Counted from the first letter of the stretch, positions 50,376 through 60,972 are shown. The stretch is 64,000 bases of DNA from an uncultured Lachnospiraceae bacterium (GCA_947383945.1 CANDFH010000005.1:22791-86790), one strand, 5' to 3'. The notes: generated by a model not told the origin, from the sequence alone. Numbers and translations: made by a program.

Positions 50376-50847
50376 CATCTTTTCGATTGTGTCCTTTCCT
50401 GCAAACTGCTTTTTTCGTCCAAGAACTCTAAAATCTGATTTACAATACATGTTTATTCTTTATATCAAAAGCTTTCTCTGGCACTACAGCGCACCTTTTG
50501 AAAATCGTCGAAAAAACTTTTTTGGCAGAAGAACATGTAATGATTTTCATTGTTTGTTATCACACCCAAAGTATATTTTATCGAATCCAATAAAAAATTA
50601 CAAGTATATTTTGCATTTTATATCAAAAATATCTTATCATTTTTAAGTCTTTTCTTTATTGTTTAAAATGTATGGTTCTGTTTGTTAAATTTAAAATATT
50701 TTTTTACTACAAAATAAGAATCCTTCAAACTGAAAAAGAAACCGTTGCAAAATACAAAACTTCTTGTTATTCTGCTGCAGTTTCTTTCTAAAATTACGGT
50801 TAAAAAATTTTCTTTTTTATATCGGAAAACCATTTTTTATCCGCAGT

Positions 50848-51345
50848 TTATTCGATCAGCTCTTTTTCAATTTCTCTAAGATCGTCAATGGACAACATTG
50901 TAATATACTCCCCAACTTCCTCCACAGAAAATTTTCCCGACCTCAGCATTTTTATTGCTGTTTCTTCTGTCGCTCTCTCAACAGCTTCTTTTTCTTTTCT
51001 TGCTACATAATTTCGCATAACTTGTTCTTCGTCAAATAATGCCATCATAATTGTTATAACCTTCTTTTCTCTGGCTTCAAGATATTCCTTTAACACATTC
51101 TTATTTTTACAAATTCGAATGGTTTCCATAACTGCTTTTCTGGTTCTGCCATACTGTTTCAGTTGCTCATTATACACTTTTGTAAAATTTACATACTGGC
51201 TGATAATATCATTTCCTTTTTCACCATAGAGCATTTTTACTTTCACCTCAACAGCAGATCCCTGTCCGTCAAAAAATATATCAGTAAGCTCGTTTTCTGT
51301 CGTCCTTATATCCTCAGGATGAATGGCATGGTAAAGCTGGATCAA
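50848..51345 (-). CDS. Hypothetical 165-aa protein; C-terminus resembles Rpn/YhgA-like (PD-(D/E)XK Transposase_31, TIGR01784) proteins but the N-terminal nuclease domain is absent, so it is a possible remnant
   Basis: The C-terminal segment MALFDEEQVMRNYVARKEKEAVERATEE...KMLRSGKFSVEEVGEYITMLSIDDLREIEK matches the repeated ...GLS.EEIA..TGLS.EEI pattern of that family. Confidence 0.35.
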   Translation of the reverse strand: MIQLYHAIHPEDIRTTENELTDIFFDGQGSAVEVKVKMLYGEKGNDIISQYVNFTKVYNEQLKQYGRTRKAVMETIRICKNKNVLKEYLEAREKKVITIMMALFDEEQVMRNYVARKEKEAVERATEETAIKMLRSGKFSVEEVGEYITMLSIDDLREIEKELIE

Positions 51346-51703
51346 GTATTTTTTCTCTCCAAAAAGGTTTGTAAAAATACGATCCGTTTCGCATAAGTAT
51401 TTTTATCGCTTATATACTCCAGCCAAAGAATTTATGCATAAATGGAACATGCATAAAACTATCTGTTGTTCTGAAAGAAGTCCGTTGGATGTTATGTAAA
51501 ATTTCTTAATTGGATTTTTCTGTAAATTTGTGAATTCATGCCGTAGATAGAAAGAAGAACTATGTTGTATAATGAAAATACATCTAAATTGCGCTCTGCG
51601 GCGGCTTCATTTGCAAGAGCAATTAGATTACTTCCGCAAAATATGGAGGGCAAAGTAATACGGTTTTATTCCAAACAAAACCAAGAAAGGAGATTTTTGC
51701 ACT

Positions 51704-53608
51704 ATGAGCAAAAAGAAGGGATTGGCGTTTTTCCTCGTATTTGTTATGATGTTCGCAATGACGGTTCCATCTGTTCCGACATCTGCAGCACAGAAAAACG
51801 ACATCACAAAGCTTGGTATCAAATCACTGCCAAAAAACAATACAATGGCAGTTGGAGACTCGTTTAATTTCGATCCCCAGATTATTCAGACCAAGCTTGG
51901 AAAAGGAAAAACAACAGGCGTCGTCTGGTGGGAAGTAAACCAGCAGACCAATACCACCGGGGTTATATCTTCCCGTTACGGGCATGTATATCCTGTCTAT
52001 GCAGGCAGCTTTGAAATCCGCGCTCTGGCATTCGCAAATACAAAGAACATGAATGCGTGGAAAAAAGATAAAGCTGCCGGTGAAAAGTACATCACTGCTT
52101 CTACCGAATGGATAAAAATCCAAGTGACAAGCGATAAGGAAGGATATGCTGTAGCGCGCACACAGAGCCAGTTAAATGCTGCTCTTGCAAATCGTGACTG
52201 CACCGACATCCATATCGTGACAGACAAGGAAACCAATTTTATTATCAAGCCTTACAACTACACTCGCAGAACACTGACCATCAACGCTCCAAATGCGGAT
52301 GTCGACAACTCTGGTCGTTTTAAGCAGATCAATGTAGAACAGATCAAAGACTCTACGTTCTTTGAGCGTGCAGTTGGTAATTTCTTCCGCTTTACTGCAC
52401 CGAACGCAAGACTTGTTGTCGCAGACAAAGCGCAAGTGAAAAATGTAACTTTCGCACCAAGTGCTGCAATCGCTGCTCCAAAGCTTAATATTGTCGGCGG
52501 TGGCGGAAGCATCTCCAATGTCAGCATCGCTGCAAAAGGTGAGGTAACATTGAGCGGCAGCACAAAAGAAACTGTTCCGGTTGTTGTTGAGGAAACTGCT
52601 TCTGGCGCAAAAGTTGCAGCAGAGGTAACAGTAGTACTGAATGTTCATGCTGATGTTGTAATTGAAGCTGCAAAAGCAGCAGTGGAAAGCATTATCAACC
52701 TGTTAAAGCCAGTAAAAGCAGCGATCCGCGGCGAAGCTTCCGACGTTAAATTAAATGTTGAGAAGGAAGCGAAAGGTGCTGAAATCACAACAGAAGTTGC
52801 TGTTGAAGTCAGCGCAAAAGCTGATATAAAGCTGGAAGTAAACAAGGGTGCTGAAAATACGGTAATCCGTCAGGACGCAGGTGTTAAAGTAGAGGCCGAT
52901 AACAAAACAGATCAGGAAATTGTCAACACAGATCTGGACGGCAACAATGCTTCTACTGTAAAGCCAGGTGAGAACACCACTGTAACAACACCAACCGAAA
53001 CACCATCTACACCGTCCAATCCATCAACACCATCGAACCCATCCACTCCAACACCGGAACCAACTCCAAGCGGTACGCCAGAAGAGCCGTCCCCTTCTCC
53101 TAGCGGTACACCAGAAGAGCCGTCCCCTTCTCCGAGCGGTACACCGGAAGAGCCGTCTCCTTCTCCTAGTGGTACACCAGAAGAGCCGTCTCCTTCTCCT
53201 AGCGGTACACCGGAAGAACCAGAGCCTACATCCCCAACCGTAAAGGTTACAACAAATGTATCTGTTTCCACAGGTTCTTCTATTACTGCAAATCCAGTTG
53301 TAAATGGCAACGCTGTTACAATAACTACATCTGCTGTTGTAACTGGTGGTTCTATCACTGGTTCTGCATCTGTTACAATGACTGCAGACGTTGAAGGTCT
53401 CCCAGAGGGCGCAACAGTAACTTCCTACAGCTGGTATCTGGAAGGAGGTACAACTCCAGTTTCTACTTCCGCTTCTTATACGGTTACTGTCAACGAGGCA
53501 GGTACAACAGCTTACTTCGTTCAAGTAACAATAAAACTGGCAGATGGCACAACGCAGACAATTCCCGCCGCAGATTCTTCCGGCGGAGGAACGGACACAA
53601 CTCCATAA
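51704..53608 (+). CDS. Secreted protein, paralog 1: Big_2-like N-terminal domain, conserved unknown domains, Ala/Val/Glu-rich region, tandem PSPSGTPEEPS linker and C-terminal domain
   Basis: Signal peptide MSKKKGLAFFLVFVMMFAMTVPSVPTSAA; about 80% identical to 54995..56692 over the first about 400 aa; no LPXTG motif. Confidence 0.6.
   Translation: MSKKKGLAFFLVFVMMFAMTVPSVPTSAAQKNDITKLGIKSLPKNNTMAVGDSFNFDPQIIQTKLGKGKTTGVVWWEVNQQTNTTGVISSRYGHVYPVYAGSFEIRALAFANTKNMNAWKKDKAAGEKYITASTEWIKIQVTSDKEGYAVARTQSQLNAALANRDCTDIHIVTDKETNFIIKPYNYTRRTLTINAPNADVDNSGRFKQINVEQIKDSTFFERAVGNFFRFTAPNARLVVADKAQVKNVTFAPSAAIAAPKLNIVGGGGSISNVSIAAKGEVTLSGSTKETVPVVVEETASGAKVAAEVTVVLNVHADVVIEAAKAAVESIINLLKPVKAAIRGEASDVKLNVEKEAKGAEITTEVAVEVSAKADIKLEVNKGAENTVIRQDAGVKVEADNKTDQEIVNTDLDGNNASTVKPGENTTVTTPTETPSTPSNPSTPSNPSTPTPEPTPSGTPEEPSPSPSGTPEEPSPSPSGTPEEPSPSPSGTPEEPSPSPSGTPEEPEPTSPTVKVTTNVSVSTGSSITANPVVNGNAVTITTSAVVTGGSITGSASVTMTADVEGLPEGATVTSYSWYLEGGTTPVSTSASYTVTVNEAGTTAYFVQVTIKLADGTTQTIPAADSSGGGTDTTP
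53069..53233 (+). repeat. Five tandem copies of a 33-nt unit (agcggtacaccagaagagccgtccccttctcct), encoding (SGTPEEPSPSP)x5 within the paralog-1 CDS
   Basis: Near-perfect tandem repeats differing only at synonymous positions. Confidence 0.85.
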
Positions 53609-53704
53609 AATGGTGAATTACCAGAATGCCCCCCTGTAGCATTCCTCTTATGGAATCAAAAAAATCCCCTATCCTACCAGGGATAGGGGATTCAACAAAA
53701 AATT

Positions 53705-54604
53705 TTACGATCCGACAATCGTTCCGCCATTTGGATGCATTACCTGCCCTGTCATATAAGAAGCGTCATCCGACGCAAGAAAAACATAACAAGGCGAAAC
53801 CTCACAAGGCTGACCTGCCCGCATCATCGGCACCCGCGATGTTTTTCGACCAAAAGTGGAAACCGCTTCTGCCGAATAAGAAGCCGGAATCAAAGGAGTC
53901 CAGATTGGACCAGGCGCAACAGCATTTACACGGATTCCTCTCTCAACTAGAGAAAGCGCCAGAGACCTTGTCAGAGAAACCACTGCTCCTTTTGTTGCAC
54001 TGTAATCGATTAATTCTTTATTTCCTTCGTATGCTGTTACCGACGTTGTATTGATAATACTGCTCCCTTCTTTCATGTAGGGCAAAGCAGCTTGTATCAA
54101 GTAAAAATACGAAATAATATTATTTTGAAATACCAGCGTTAATTGTTCTGGCGAAATATCAAGAATACTCTGCTGTACAAATTGAACTGCATGATTGTTG
54201 ACCAGAATATCAATTTTCCCAAAACGTTTTATCACACAATCAATACACTCTTTAATAAAACATCGCTCTTTTAAATCTCCCTTGATCAACAAATATTCTC
54301 CGCCCATTTGTCTAACCTTATCTGCAGTTTCTTTTGCATCTTGTTCTTCATCGTAATATATTATCGCAACAGATGCACCTTCCCTGACAAAATCATAGAC
54401 AACAGCCCTTCCAATTCCGCTGTCTCCTCCTGTAATAACCGCTGTTTTTCCTCTTAACTTTTTTTCGTGCCAAGCTCGTTTCGATATTGGTTTCGGCTCC
54501 ATGAAATATTCAAATCCTGGTTGTCGATCTTGATGCTGCGGCGGAAAAGAAAGTGGTATTTTTTCACATTCTCGTATGTATCCGTAATCATTTTCATGCT
54601 GCAT
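53705..54604 (-). CDS. SDR-family oxidoreductase (YhdF/YdaD general-stress-protein-39-like)
   Basis: N-terminal PPQHQDRQPGFEYFMEPKP; TGGDSGIGRAV Rossmann motif; NNHA. Confidence 0.75.
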   Translation of the reverse strand: MQHENDYGYIRECEKIPLSFPPQHQDRQPGFEYFMEPKPISKRAWHEKKLRGKTAVITGGDSGIGRAVVYDFVREGASVAIIYYDEEQDAKETADKVRQMGGEYLLIKGDLKERCFIKECIDCVIKRFGKIDILVNNHAVQFVQQSILDISPEQLTLVFQNNIISYFYLIQAALPYMKEGSSIINTTSVTAYEGNKELIDYSATKGAVVSLTRSLALSLVERGIRVNAVAPGPIWTPLIPASYSAEAVSTFGRKTSRVPMMRAGQPCEVSPCYVFLASDDASYMTGQVMHPNGGTIVGS

Positions 54605-54994
54605 AAAAAATCTCCCCCTGTTTGCAAATATAAATTAGTTATAATAAGTAATATTATCCCAATTTTAGTATTTTACATCCAACTCCGATTTTTCTGTCTT
54701 TTCTAGTAACATCCATACTACCCAAATTTTTCCTATTCTTATTCCATATCTTAACTATTTTTATGTATTGTGTCTGATAATCTTATCTAAAATTTGTGAA
54801 ATTTCCCTATATGCATTCATGGCTTATATACAGTATAATTAAAAAAGTCCGTTTTATGCATTATGAGATTTACAATTTCTATATCTTTGTACATAGGTTA
54901 AGTCATTTTGCAGGCGGATAAACTCATTTTATGGGGAAGGAGGACAAAAAGAAACTAAACAATGATCCAAACAACCAGAAAGGAGATTTTGAAC

Positions 54995-56692
54995 ATGAAC
55001 AGGAAAAAAGGATTGGCATTTTTTCTTGTGTTCGTAATGCTGCTTGCGATGGCAGTACCGACAAGCCCGGCAGTTTCAGCCGTAGCTGCACAGAAAAATG
55101 ACATCACAAAACTCGGCATCAAAGCATTGCCGAAGGGAAACACAATCATTCTCGACTCCGAGGAAAACTTTTTCAACTTCGATCCTGAAATTATCCAGAC
55201 CAAACTTGGCAAAGGCAGCACCACTGGTGTTGTATGGTGGGAAGTAAATCAGGATACTAACACCGCAGGCGTTATTTCCTCCCGCTACGGACATGTATAC
55301 CCTGTTTATGCAGGCAGCTTTGAGATCCGTGCTCTTGCTTTCACAAGCACAAAGACTATGGAAGCATGGAAAAAGGACAAAGTTGCAAATGCAAAGTACA
55401 TCACTGCTTCTACAAGCTGGGTAACAATCAATGTAGTAAGTGAGAAGGAAGGATATGCGGTAGCTCGTTCCCAGAGCCAGTTAAATTCTGCCCTTGCAAA
55501 CCGTGACTGTACAGATATCGTAATCGATACCGATAAAGAAATCACATTTACAATCAAGCCTTACAACTATACTCGCAGAACTCTGACCGTAAAGGCTCCG
55601 AATGCAGACGTTGACAACTCTGGTCGTTTTAAGCAGATCAATGTAGAAGAAATCAAAGACAACACATTCTTTGAGCGTGCAATCGGCAACTTCTTCCGCT
55701 TTACTGCTCCGAACGCAAGACTTGTCGTAGCAGAGAAGGCTCAGGTTAAGAATGTAAGCATCGCTTCTAAGGGCAATGTAACCATCAGCGGCGCAACAAC
55801 AGCACCTGTTCCAGTTGTTGTTGAGGAGAGCGCAGCAGGTGCAAATATTTCCGCTGAAGTAAAAGTAGTTGTAGATGTAAACGCTGACGTTATTATCAAA
55901 GCTGCTGTAGAAGCTATTGTCAACCTTCTTAAGCCGATTAAAACCGTTCTTACAGGTGAAGCTTCCAACGTAACAGTAAACGTTGAGAAGGAAGCAGCTG
56001 GTGCTGAGATTACAACAGAAGTTACTGTTGAAGTTAATGCAAAGGCTGACGTTAAGGTTGAGGCAAACAAGGGTGCAGAGGATACTGTAATCCGTGCTGA
56101 CGAAGGTGTTAAGGTAGATACTACCAACAATACAGATAAAGAAATCGTTAATACAGACCTTGATGGAAACAATGCTACAACTGTAAAGCCGGGTGAGAAT
56201 GCAACTGTAACAACTGCTCCAGAACCGACTCCAGATGCTCCATTGGTTCCAGCAGTACCTCCTACTACACCAGCTCCAAGCCCAGATCCAGAACCGACTC
56301 CATCTCTTCCTGAAAAGGTTCAGATTATGTCGGTAAATGTTACAGCTGTTTCAGGTGCTTCCATTAGCGTTGATGGAAACACAATTGCTACAATAACAGC
56401 AACAAAAGAAGATGCCGTATCTGGTTCTGCTGTAACTGGTACAGTAAATGTAACTTTAACTGCTGGTCCTCTTGAATCTAATGATCCACTGCCAGAAAAT
56501 GCAACTTATGCTTGGTATGAAGAAGGCAATTCCACTTCAATTGGCTCTGGAGCTACTTTTGAAACAAAATGGACCTTTGAGATAGCTGCTAATGAAACTA
56601 CTGCAACAAAGTCCTACTATGTTGTAGTATCATTAGGTGATGAATCTGTTTCCTCTAAACCATCTACTGGCGAAACGGATACCAATCAGTAA
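54995..56692 (+). CDS. Secreted protein, paralog 2 of 51704..53608, with a divergent Pro/Thr-rich linker and C-terminal domain
   Basis: Start trimmed to MNRKKGLAFFLVFVMLLAMAVP (RBS AGGAG); the upstream region, including the RBS, is duplicated from paralog 1. Confidence 0.6.
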   Translation: MNRKKGLAFFLVFVMLLAMAVPTSPAVSAVAAQKNDITKLGIKALPKGNTIILDSEENFFNFDPEIIQTKLGKGSTTGVVWWEVNQDTNTAGVISSRYGHVYPVYAGSFEIRALAFTSTKTMEAWKKDKVANAKYITASTSWVTINVVSEKEGYAVARSQSQLNSALANRDCTDIVIDTDKEITFTIKPYNYTRRTLTVKAPNADVDNSGRFKQINVEEIKDNTFFERAIGNFFRFTAPNARLVVAEKAQVKNVSIASKGNVTISGATTAPVPVVVEESAAGANISAEVKVVVDVNADVIIKAAVEAIVNLLKPIKTVLTGEASNVTVNVEKEAAGAEITTEVTVEVNAKADVKVEANKGAEDTVIRADEGVKVDTTNNTDKEIVNTDLDGNNATTVKPGENATVTTAPEPTPDAPLVPAVPPTTPAPSPDPEPTPSLPEKVQIMSVNVTAVSGASISVDGNTIATITATKEDAVSGSAVTGTVNVTLTAGPLESNDPLPENATYAWYEEGNSTSIGSGATFETKWTFEIAANETTATKSYYVVVSLGDESVSSKPSTGETDTNQ

Positions 56693-57089
56693 CTCTTCTT
56701 ACAGGTAAATGTTAAAGTCTTTTTGCGCTCGCTGCCATTTGGCAGTGGGCGCGAATTTTTAAAGCAAAAATAAAACTTTTTTATCTGATTATACTCTGCT
56801 GTTTCCCTTTGATAATTACAAAATCTAAACTGTATGACCAATATTGATTTTTTGACTTTAATCTAGAAATCATTCAGATCAAGCTTGTCAAGCACTATCA
56901 AAATACATTCTGTAAAACAAAACACCTCTATACAATTCCGATTGCAAAACCTAAATAAAACCAAACTTTTAGGAAACTGGAAAAAGGTATCCCATGCAGC
57001 TTTTCAATTAAATTCAATTCAATCTCCTGCGCAGTTCTCCAATTTCCCCATATAACTCTGCTTTTCCTATATATCCGTCTTTTTTCCAT

Positions 57090-57122
57090 AAAAAAAAGGA
57101 TAGCTTATTTCTAAACTATCCC
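57090..57122 (-). terminator. Rho-independent terminator downstream of rplQ
   Basis: Minus RNA GGAUAG-loop-CUAUCC followed by UUUUUUUU. Confidence 0.5.
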
Positions 57123-57152
57123 TTCTCTACTCTCTGCTCTATTCCAAATACT

Positions 57153-57689
57153 CTATACTAGCTCAATCAGTACAGTCATCGCCGCATCGCCTTTGCGCGG
57201 TCCAATCTTTACGATTCTTGTATAACCGCCGTTGCGATCTACATACTTTGGAGCAATCTCATCAAAAAGCTTGTCTGCAAGTACGACTTTCTTAATACCC
57301 TTCTTGCGTCCCGCATTCTCTGCTGGAATCTCGGTAACATCGTAAAGGTATGCAGCCATCTTTCTTCTTGCGGCAAGTCTGGATGGTCTGTCTTTCTTAA
57401 TTGTCTTTTCAACGGTATCGAACTGATCTACTTTCTTGCCGTCTACAACCTCTTTTACTCTCTTTCCATCCTTATCTTTGCGCGCTACTTTTGCATTTAC
57501 AGTAACTGTATCAAAATTATCCTTTTCTTTTACTGCAAGTGCAATAAAGCCTTCCGCAATGCCGCGGATTTCTTTGGCTCTCGCTTCTGTTGTCACAATC
57601 TTTCCATTGTAAAGCAGATTGGTAACCTGGTTTCTCAACAGAGCTTTTCTCTGGCTTGCAGTCTTTCCAAGTTTTCTATAGCCTGCCAT
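57153..57689 (-). CDS. rplQ: 50S ribosomal protein L17 (long clostridial form with an internal Lys-rich insertion)
   Basis: [42 protein letters not shown]...[15 protein letters not shown]. Confidence 0.9.
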   Translation of the reverse strand: MAGYRKLGKTASQRKALLRNQVTNLLYNGKIVTTEARAKEIRGIAEGFIALAVKEKDNFDTVTVNAKVARKDKDGKRVKEVVDGKKVDQFDTVEKTIKKDRPSRLAARRKMAAYLYDVTEIPAENAGRKKGIKKVVLADKLFDEIAPKYVDRNGGYTRIVKIGPRKGDAAMTVLIELV

Positions 57690-57701
57690 GTTATTTCCTC
57701 C

Positions 57702-58667
57702 TTACTCATTATTCTCGCCCGGATGGAACGATAATCCGAGCTCTTTCAGTTTAGCAATTACTTCCTCAAGGGATTTACGACCAAGGTTTCGAACCTTCAT
57801 CATATCCTCTGGGGTGCGATTGATCAATTCTTCTACTGTATTTATATTTGCCCTCTTCAGACAATTATAAGAGCGGACGGACAATTCAAGTTCATCAATA
57901 TTCATCTCCAGAACTCTCTCTTTCTGATTGTCCTCCTTCTGTACCATAACCTCAGCGGTCTTTGCATTTTCAGATAAGTCAATAAAGGAATTCAGATGCT
58001 CGCTCAAAACCTTCGCTGCAAGGCTGACAGACTCGTCTGGAGCCAGCGTGCCGTTTGTATATACGTCCAAAGTCAATTTATCAAAGTCTGTAATCTGACC
58101 AACGCGGGTATTTTCCACTGTTAAATTAACACGCTTTACGGGCGTATAAATGGAATCCACTGCGATCACTCCGATTGGCAGGTCGTCGCTCTTGTTTTTG
58201 TCTGCACTGCTGTAACCTCTGCCCCTTGTGATTGTCAGCTCAATATATAATTTGCTGTCCGCGCCGCCGTTCAGCGTCGCAATCACCTGGTCAGGATTCA
58301 GAATCTCGATATCAGGATCTGCCTGAATATCACGTGCTCTGACAACTCCCTCGCCTTCAAAATCAATATAAGCAACCTTTGCTTCACTTGATTCGCTCGT
58401 GTTCTTAATCGCCAGGTTTTTGATGTTCATAATAATCTCGGTGACATCTTCTTTTACGCCCGGAATTGGCATAAACTCATGTACAACACCATCGATCTTC
58501 ACATGACTCACTGCCGCGCCCGGCAAAGAGGAAAGCATAATCCTTCTCAACGAATTTCCTAGAGTCGTGCCATATCCCCTCTCCAAAGGCTCAACAACAA
58601 AGCGTCCGTATTTCTTATCTTCGGAAATTTCAGCAATTTCAATTCTAGGTTTTTCAAAATCAAACAT
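57702..58667 (-). CDS. rpoA: DNA-directed RNA polymerase subunit alpha
   Basis: [53 protein letters not shown]; C-terminal CTD motif [17 protein letters not shown]. Confidence 0.95.
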   Translation of the reverse strand: MFDFEKPRIEIAEISEDKKYGRFVVEPLERGYGTTLGNSLRRIMLSSLPGAAVSHVKIDGVVHEFMPIPGVKEDVTEIIMNIKNLAIKNTSESSEAKVAYIDFEGEGVVRARDIQADPDIEILNPDQVIATLNGGADSKLYIELTITRGRGYSSADKNKSDDLPIGVIAVDSIYTPVKRVNLTVENTRVGQITDFDKLTLDVYTNGTLAPDESVSLAAKVLSEHLNSFIDLSENAKTAEVMVQKEDNQKERVLEMNIDELELSVRSYNCLKRANINTVEELINRTPEDMMKVRNLGRKSLEEVIAKLKELGLSFHPGENNE

Positions 58668-59102
58668 CCTGGACCCTGCTACTAAAAACATATTAAAAAT
58701 ATGTTTATGCTAGATGATTCGCTACAATCTCACAATTTGCAGTTACTGCACTTTGGCGGACTGCTTGGCAGTCGTAAATCTTCGACAAAGCCACCCGTAC
58801 ATACCTGCAAATATTTTGTAAGCTTTCATCTAATTCGCTTTTCCTTTCCTAGATTTTCTTGTTTTGCCCTTGGGTTTCGGGACTTGACCATTGACCAGCT
58901 GCACCCACAGACTTCTACATCCAATTTCAACGGATAAGGATTTTCTTTCTGCAGCTTGGCCTGCTGTAAAGTCAGCACAAACTATACCTTGGATTTTAGG
59001 TACTTTTGAGTATATCCACTCACATTTTACGTTCATTTTAATTGCTTAAGTTCCCTTTGGAAAGTATCCCAAACAGATAGAACAATACGCAATAACTGTC
59101 TA

Positions 59103-59699
59103 TTATTTCGAGTACAACTCGACAATCAGCATCTCGTTTACTGGAACATCGATCTGATCTCTGGTTGGGATCTCTTTTACTGTGCCAGTCAAGTTTTCAT
59201 GATCCGCCTCCAGCCATGCCGGAACGATTCTGCCGCCTGTCACTTCAAGAATATCCTTATATCTCTGTGCGGACTTTGCTTTCTCCTTAATGGAGATCAC
59301 ATCGCCTACCTTCACCTGATAGGATGGGATATTTACGCATTTTCCATTTACAAGAACATGTCTGTGATCCACAATCTGTCTTGCCTCTGTTCTCGTTCTG
59401 CCATAGCCAAGACGGAACATTACATTGTCAAGACGCAGCTCCAACAAAATCATTAAATTTTCGCCTGTTGTGCCGTATTTCAGTTTCTTCGCCTTGTCAA
59501 AGTTATTGCGGAACGGTTTTTCCAGAACACCGTAAATAAACTTTGCTTTCTGCTTTTCACGCAGCTGCAAACCATACTCGCTGACTTTCTTGCCAGCTCT
59601 CATAAAATTACGGTTGGATTTTTTATCAATGCCAAGGTAACTCGGCTCAAGACCTAACGATCTACATCTCTTTAATACCGGACCCATATCTCTAGCCAT
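59103..59699 (-). CDS. rpsD: 30S ribosomal protein S4
   Basis: [31 protein letters not shown]...; S4 domain near the C-terminus. Confidence 0.9.
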   Translation of the reverse strand: MARDMGPVLKRCRSLGLEPSYLGIDKKSNRNFMRAGKKVSEYGLQLREKQKAKFIYGVLEKPFRNNFDKAKKLKYGTTGENLMILLELRLDNVMFRLGYGRTRTEARQIVDHRHVLVNGKCVNIPSYQVKVGDVISIKEKAKSAQRYKDILEVTGGRIVPAWLEADHENLTGTVKEIPTRDQIDVPVNEMLIVELYSK

Positions 59700-59715
59700 T
59701 TTTTCCTACCTCCTA

Positions 59716-60117
59716 TTAGACTCTTCTGCGTTTTGGCGGTCTGCAGCCATTGTGCGGAACCGGGGTGACATCCTTGATGCTTGTAACTTCAATCCCACAT
59801 GCCTGAAGCGCGCGGATCGCTGCTTCTCTTCCCGAACCAGGTCCTTTTACCATAACTTCAACGGATTTTAAACCGTGCGGCAATGCAGCTCTCGCAGCGG
59901 TCTCCGCTGCCATCTGTGCAGCGTAAGGTGTGGACTTTCTCGATCCACGGAATCCAAGCCCGCCTGCACTTGCCCAGGAAATCGCATTCCCCTCGGAGTC
60001 TGTAAGAGTAACAATTGTATTATTAAAAGACGACTGGATATGTGCCTGTCCACGATCGACATTCTTTCTAACACGCTTTTTCGCAGTTTTCTTCGCTGCT
60101 ACTGTCTTCTTAGCCAT
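59716..60117 (-). CDS. rpsK: 30S ribosomal protein S11
   Basis: [50 protein letters not shown]. Confidence 0.95.
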   Translation of the reverse strand: MAKKTVAAKKTAKKRVRKNVDRGQAHIQSSFNNTIVTLTDSEGNAISWASAGGLGFRGSRKSTPYAAQMAAETAARAALPHGLKSVEVMVKGPGSGREAAIRALQACGIEVTSIKDVTPVPHNGCRPPKRRRV

Positions 60118-60142
60118 GTCTATAACCTCCTGTTGGATTCAA

Positions 60143-60511
60143 TTATTTCTTCTTATTCGCTACCGTGCGCTTTGGACCTTTTCTTGTCCTTGCGTTCGTC
60201 TTTGTCTTCTGACCGCGAACCGGAAGTCCTTTTCTGTGACGGATTCCTCTGTAGCAGCCAATCTCCTGCAGTCTCTTGATATTTAACGCGATCTCTCTTC
60301 TAAGATCACCTTCCACCTGCATTGTCTCGTCAATAACGTCGCGAATCCTTGCAACTTCATCGTCCGTCAAGTCGCGAACACGGGTGTCCGGGTTCACATT
60401 TGCTTTCGCAAGAATACGGTTGGAGCTTACCCTTCCGATGCCATAAATATAAGTAAGCCCGATCTCTACACGCTTTTCTCTTGGTAAGTCCACACCACTA
60501 ATACGTGCCAT
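60143..60511 (-). CDS. rpsM: 30S ribosomal protein S13
   Basis: [34 protein letters not shown]; RBS GGAGG upstream. Confidence 0.95.
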   Translation of the reverse strand: MARISGVDLPREKRVEIGLTYIYGIGRVSSNRILAKANVNPDTRVRDLTDDEVARIRDVIDETMQVEGDLRREIALNIKRLQEIGCYRGIRHRKGLPVRGQKTKTNARTRKGPKRTVANKKK

Positions 60512-60972
60512 GTGTAATTGCACCTCCGTAATTTTAATAAGTAATAAATAAGTTTCGCGGTGCAGTGTTCCGCCTGGTGTGTTCTAGCACACACGGCAGT
60601 CTTCCACCGCGCCAGCCGCTTTAAATTGTGACAGCCCGGCTACTCCGGCACTGAAAGATGGCATATATCCTGCCGTCTAAAGGAACTCTTTGTCCCCCAC
60701 AATATCACAATTTTGTCCGACATACACGCTTTTCCGAACAGCAATTCGAAAGCCGGGCTTGCTAAAGGCCCGTGACGTAAGGTACAGCGGACGATTGTAA
60801 CGCAGAAAGCAAGAACTGTTTCTATCTATATACGAGCAGAATCCTCTCCGCTCGCTGCACAGAACGCATATGGTTCTCTGAGGCGCACTGCACATAAAAA
60901 GAAACAATTGCAGCGCCAAGGCTTGTACCAGTATGTGGAAACACACACCTTTAACCTCGGCGGCAATTTTCA

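Noticed and set aside
53024-53524. Minus-strand ORFs 53024..53524 and 52912..53358, rich in Arg/Cys or Gly/Val
   Set aside because: They are antisense to the tandem-repeat region of secreted paralog 1 and reflect the reverse complement of the Pro/Ser/Glu repeats. They are not independent genes and not a CRISPR array, since the repeats are coding and there are no spacers.
60524-60972. Possible RNase P RNA (rnpB) in the rpmJ-rpsM spacer, based on short P4-like motifs
   Set aside because: Only fragmentary motif resemblance. The full CR-I to CR-V consensus could not be assembled by eye and the location would be atypical. It is kept only as a hypothesis to test with Infernal.
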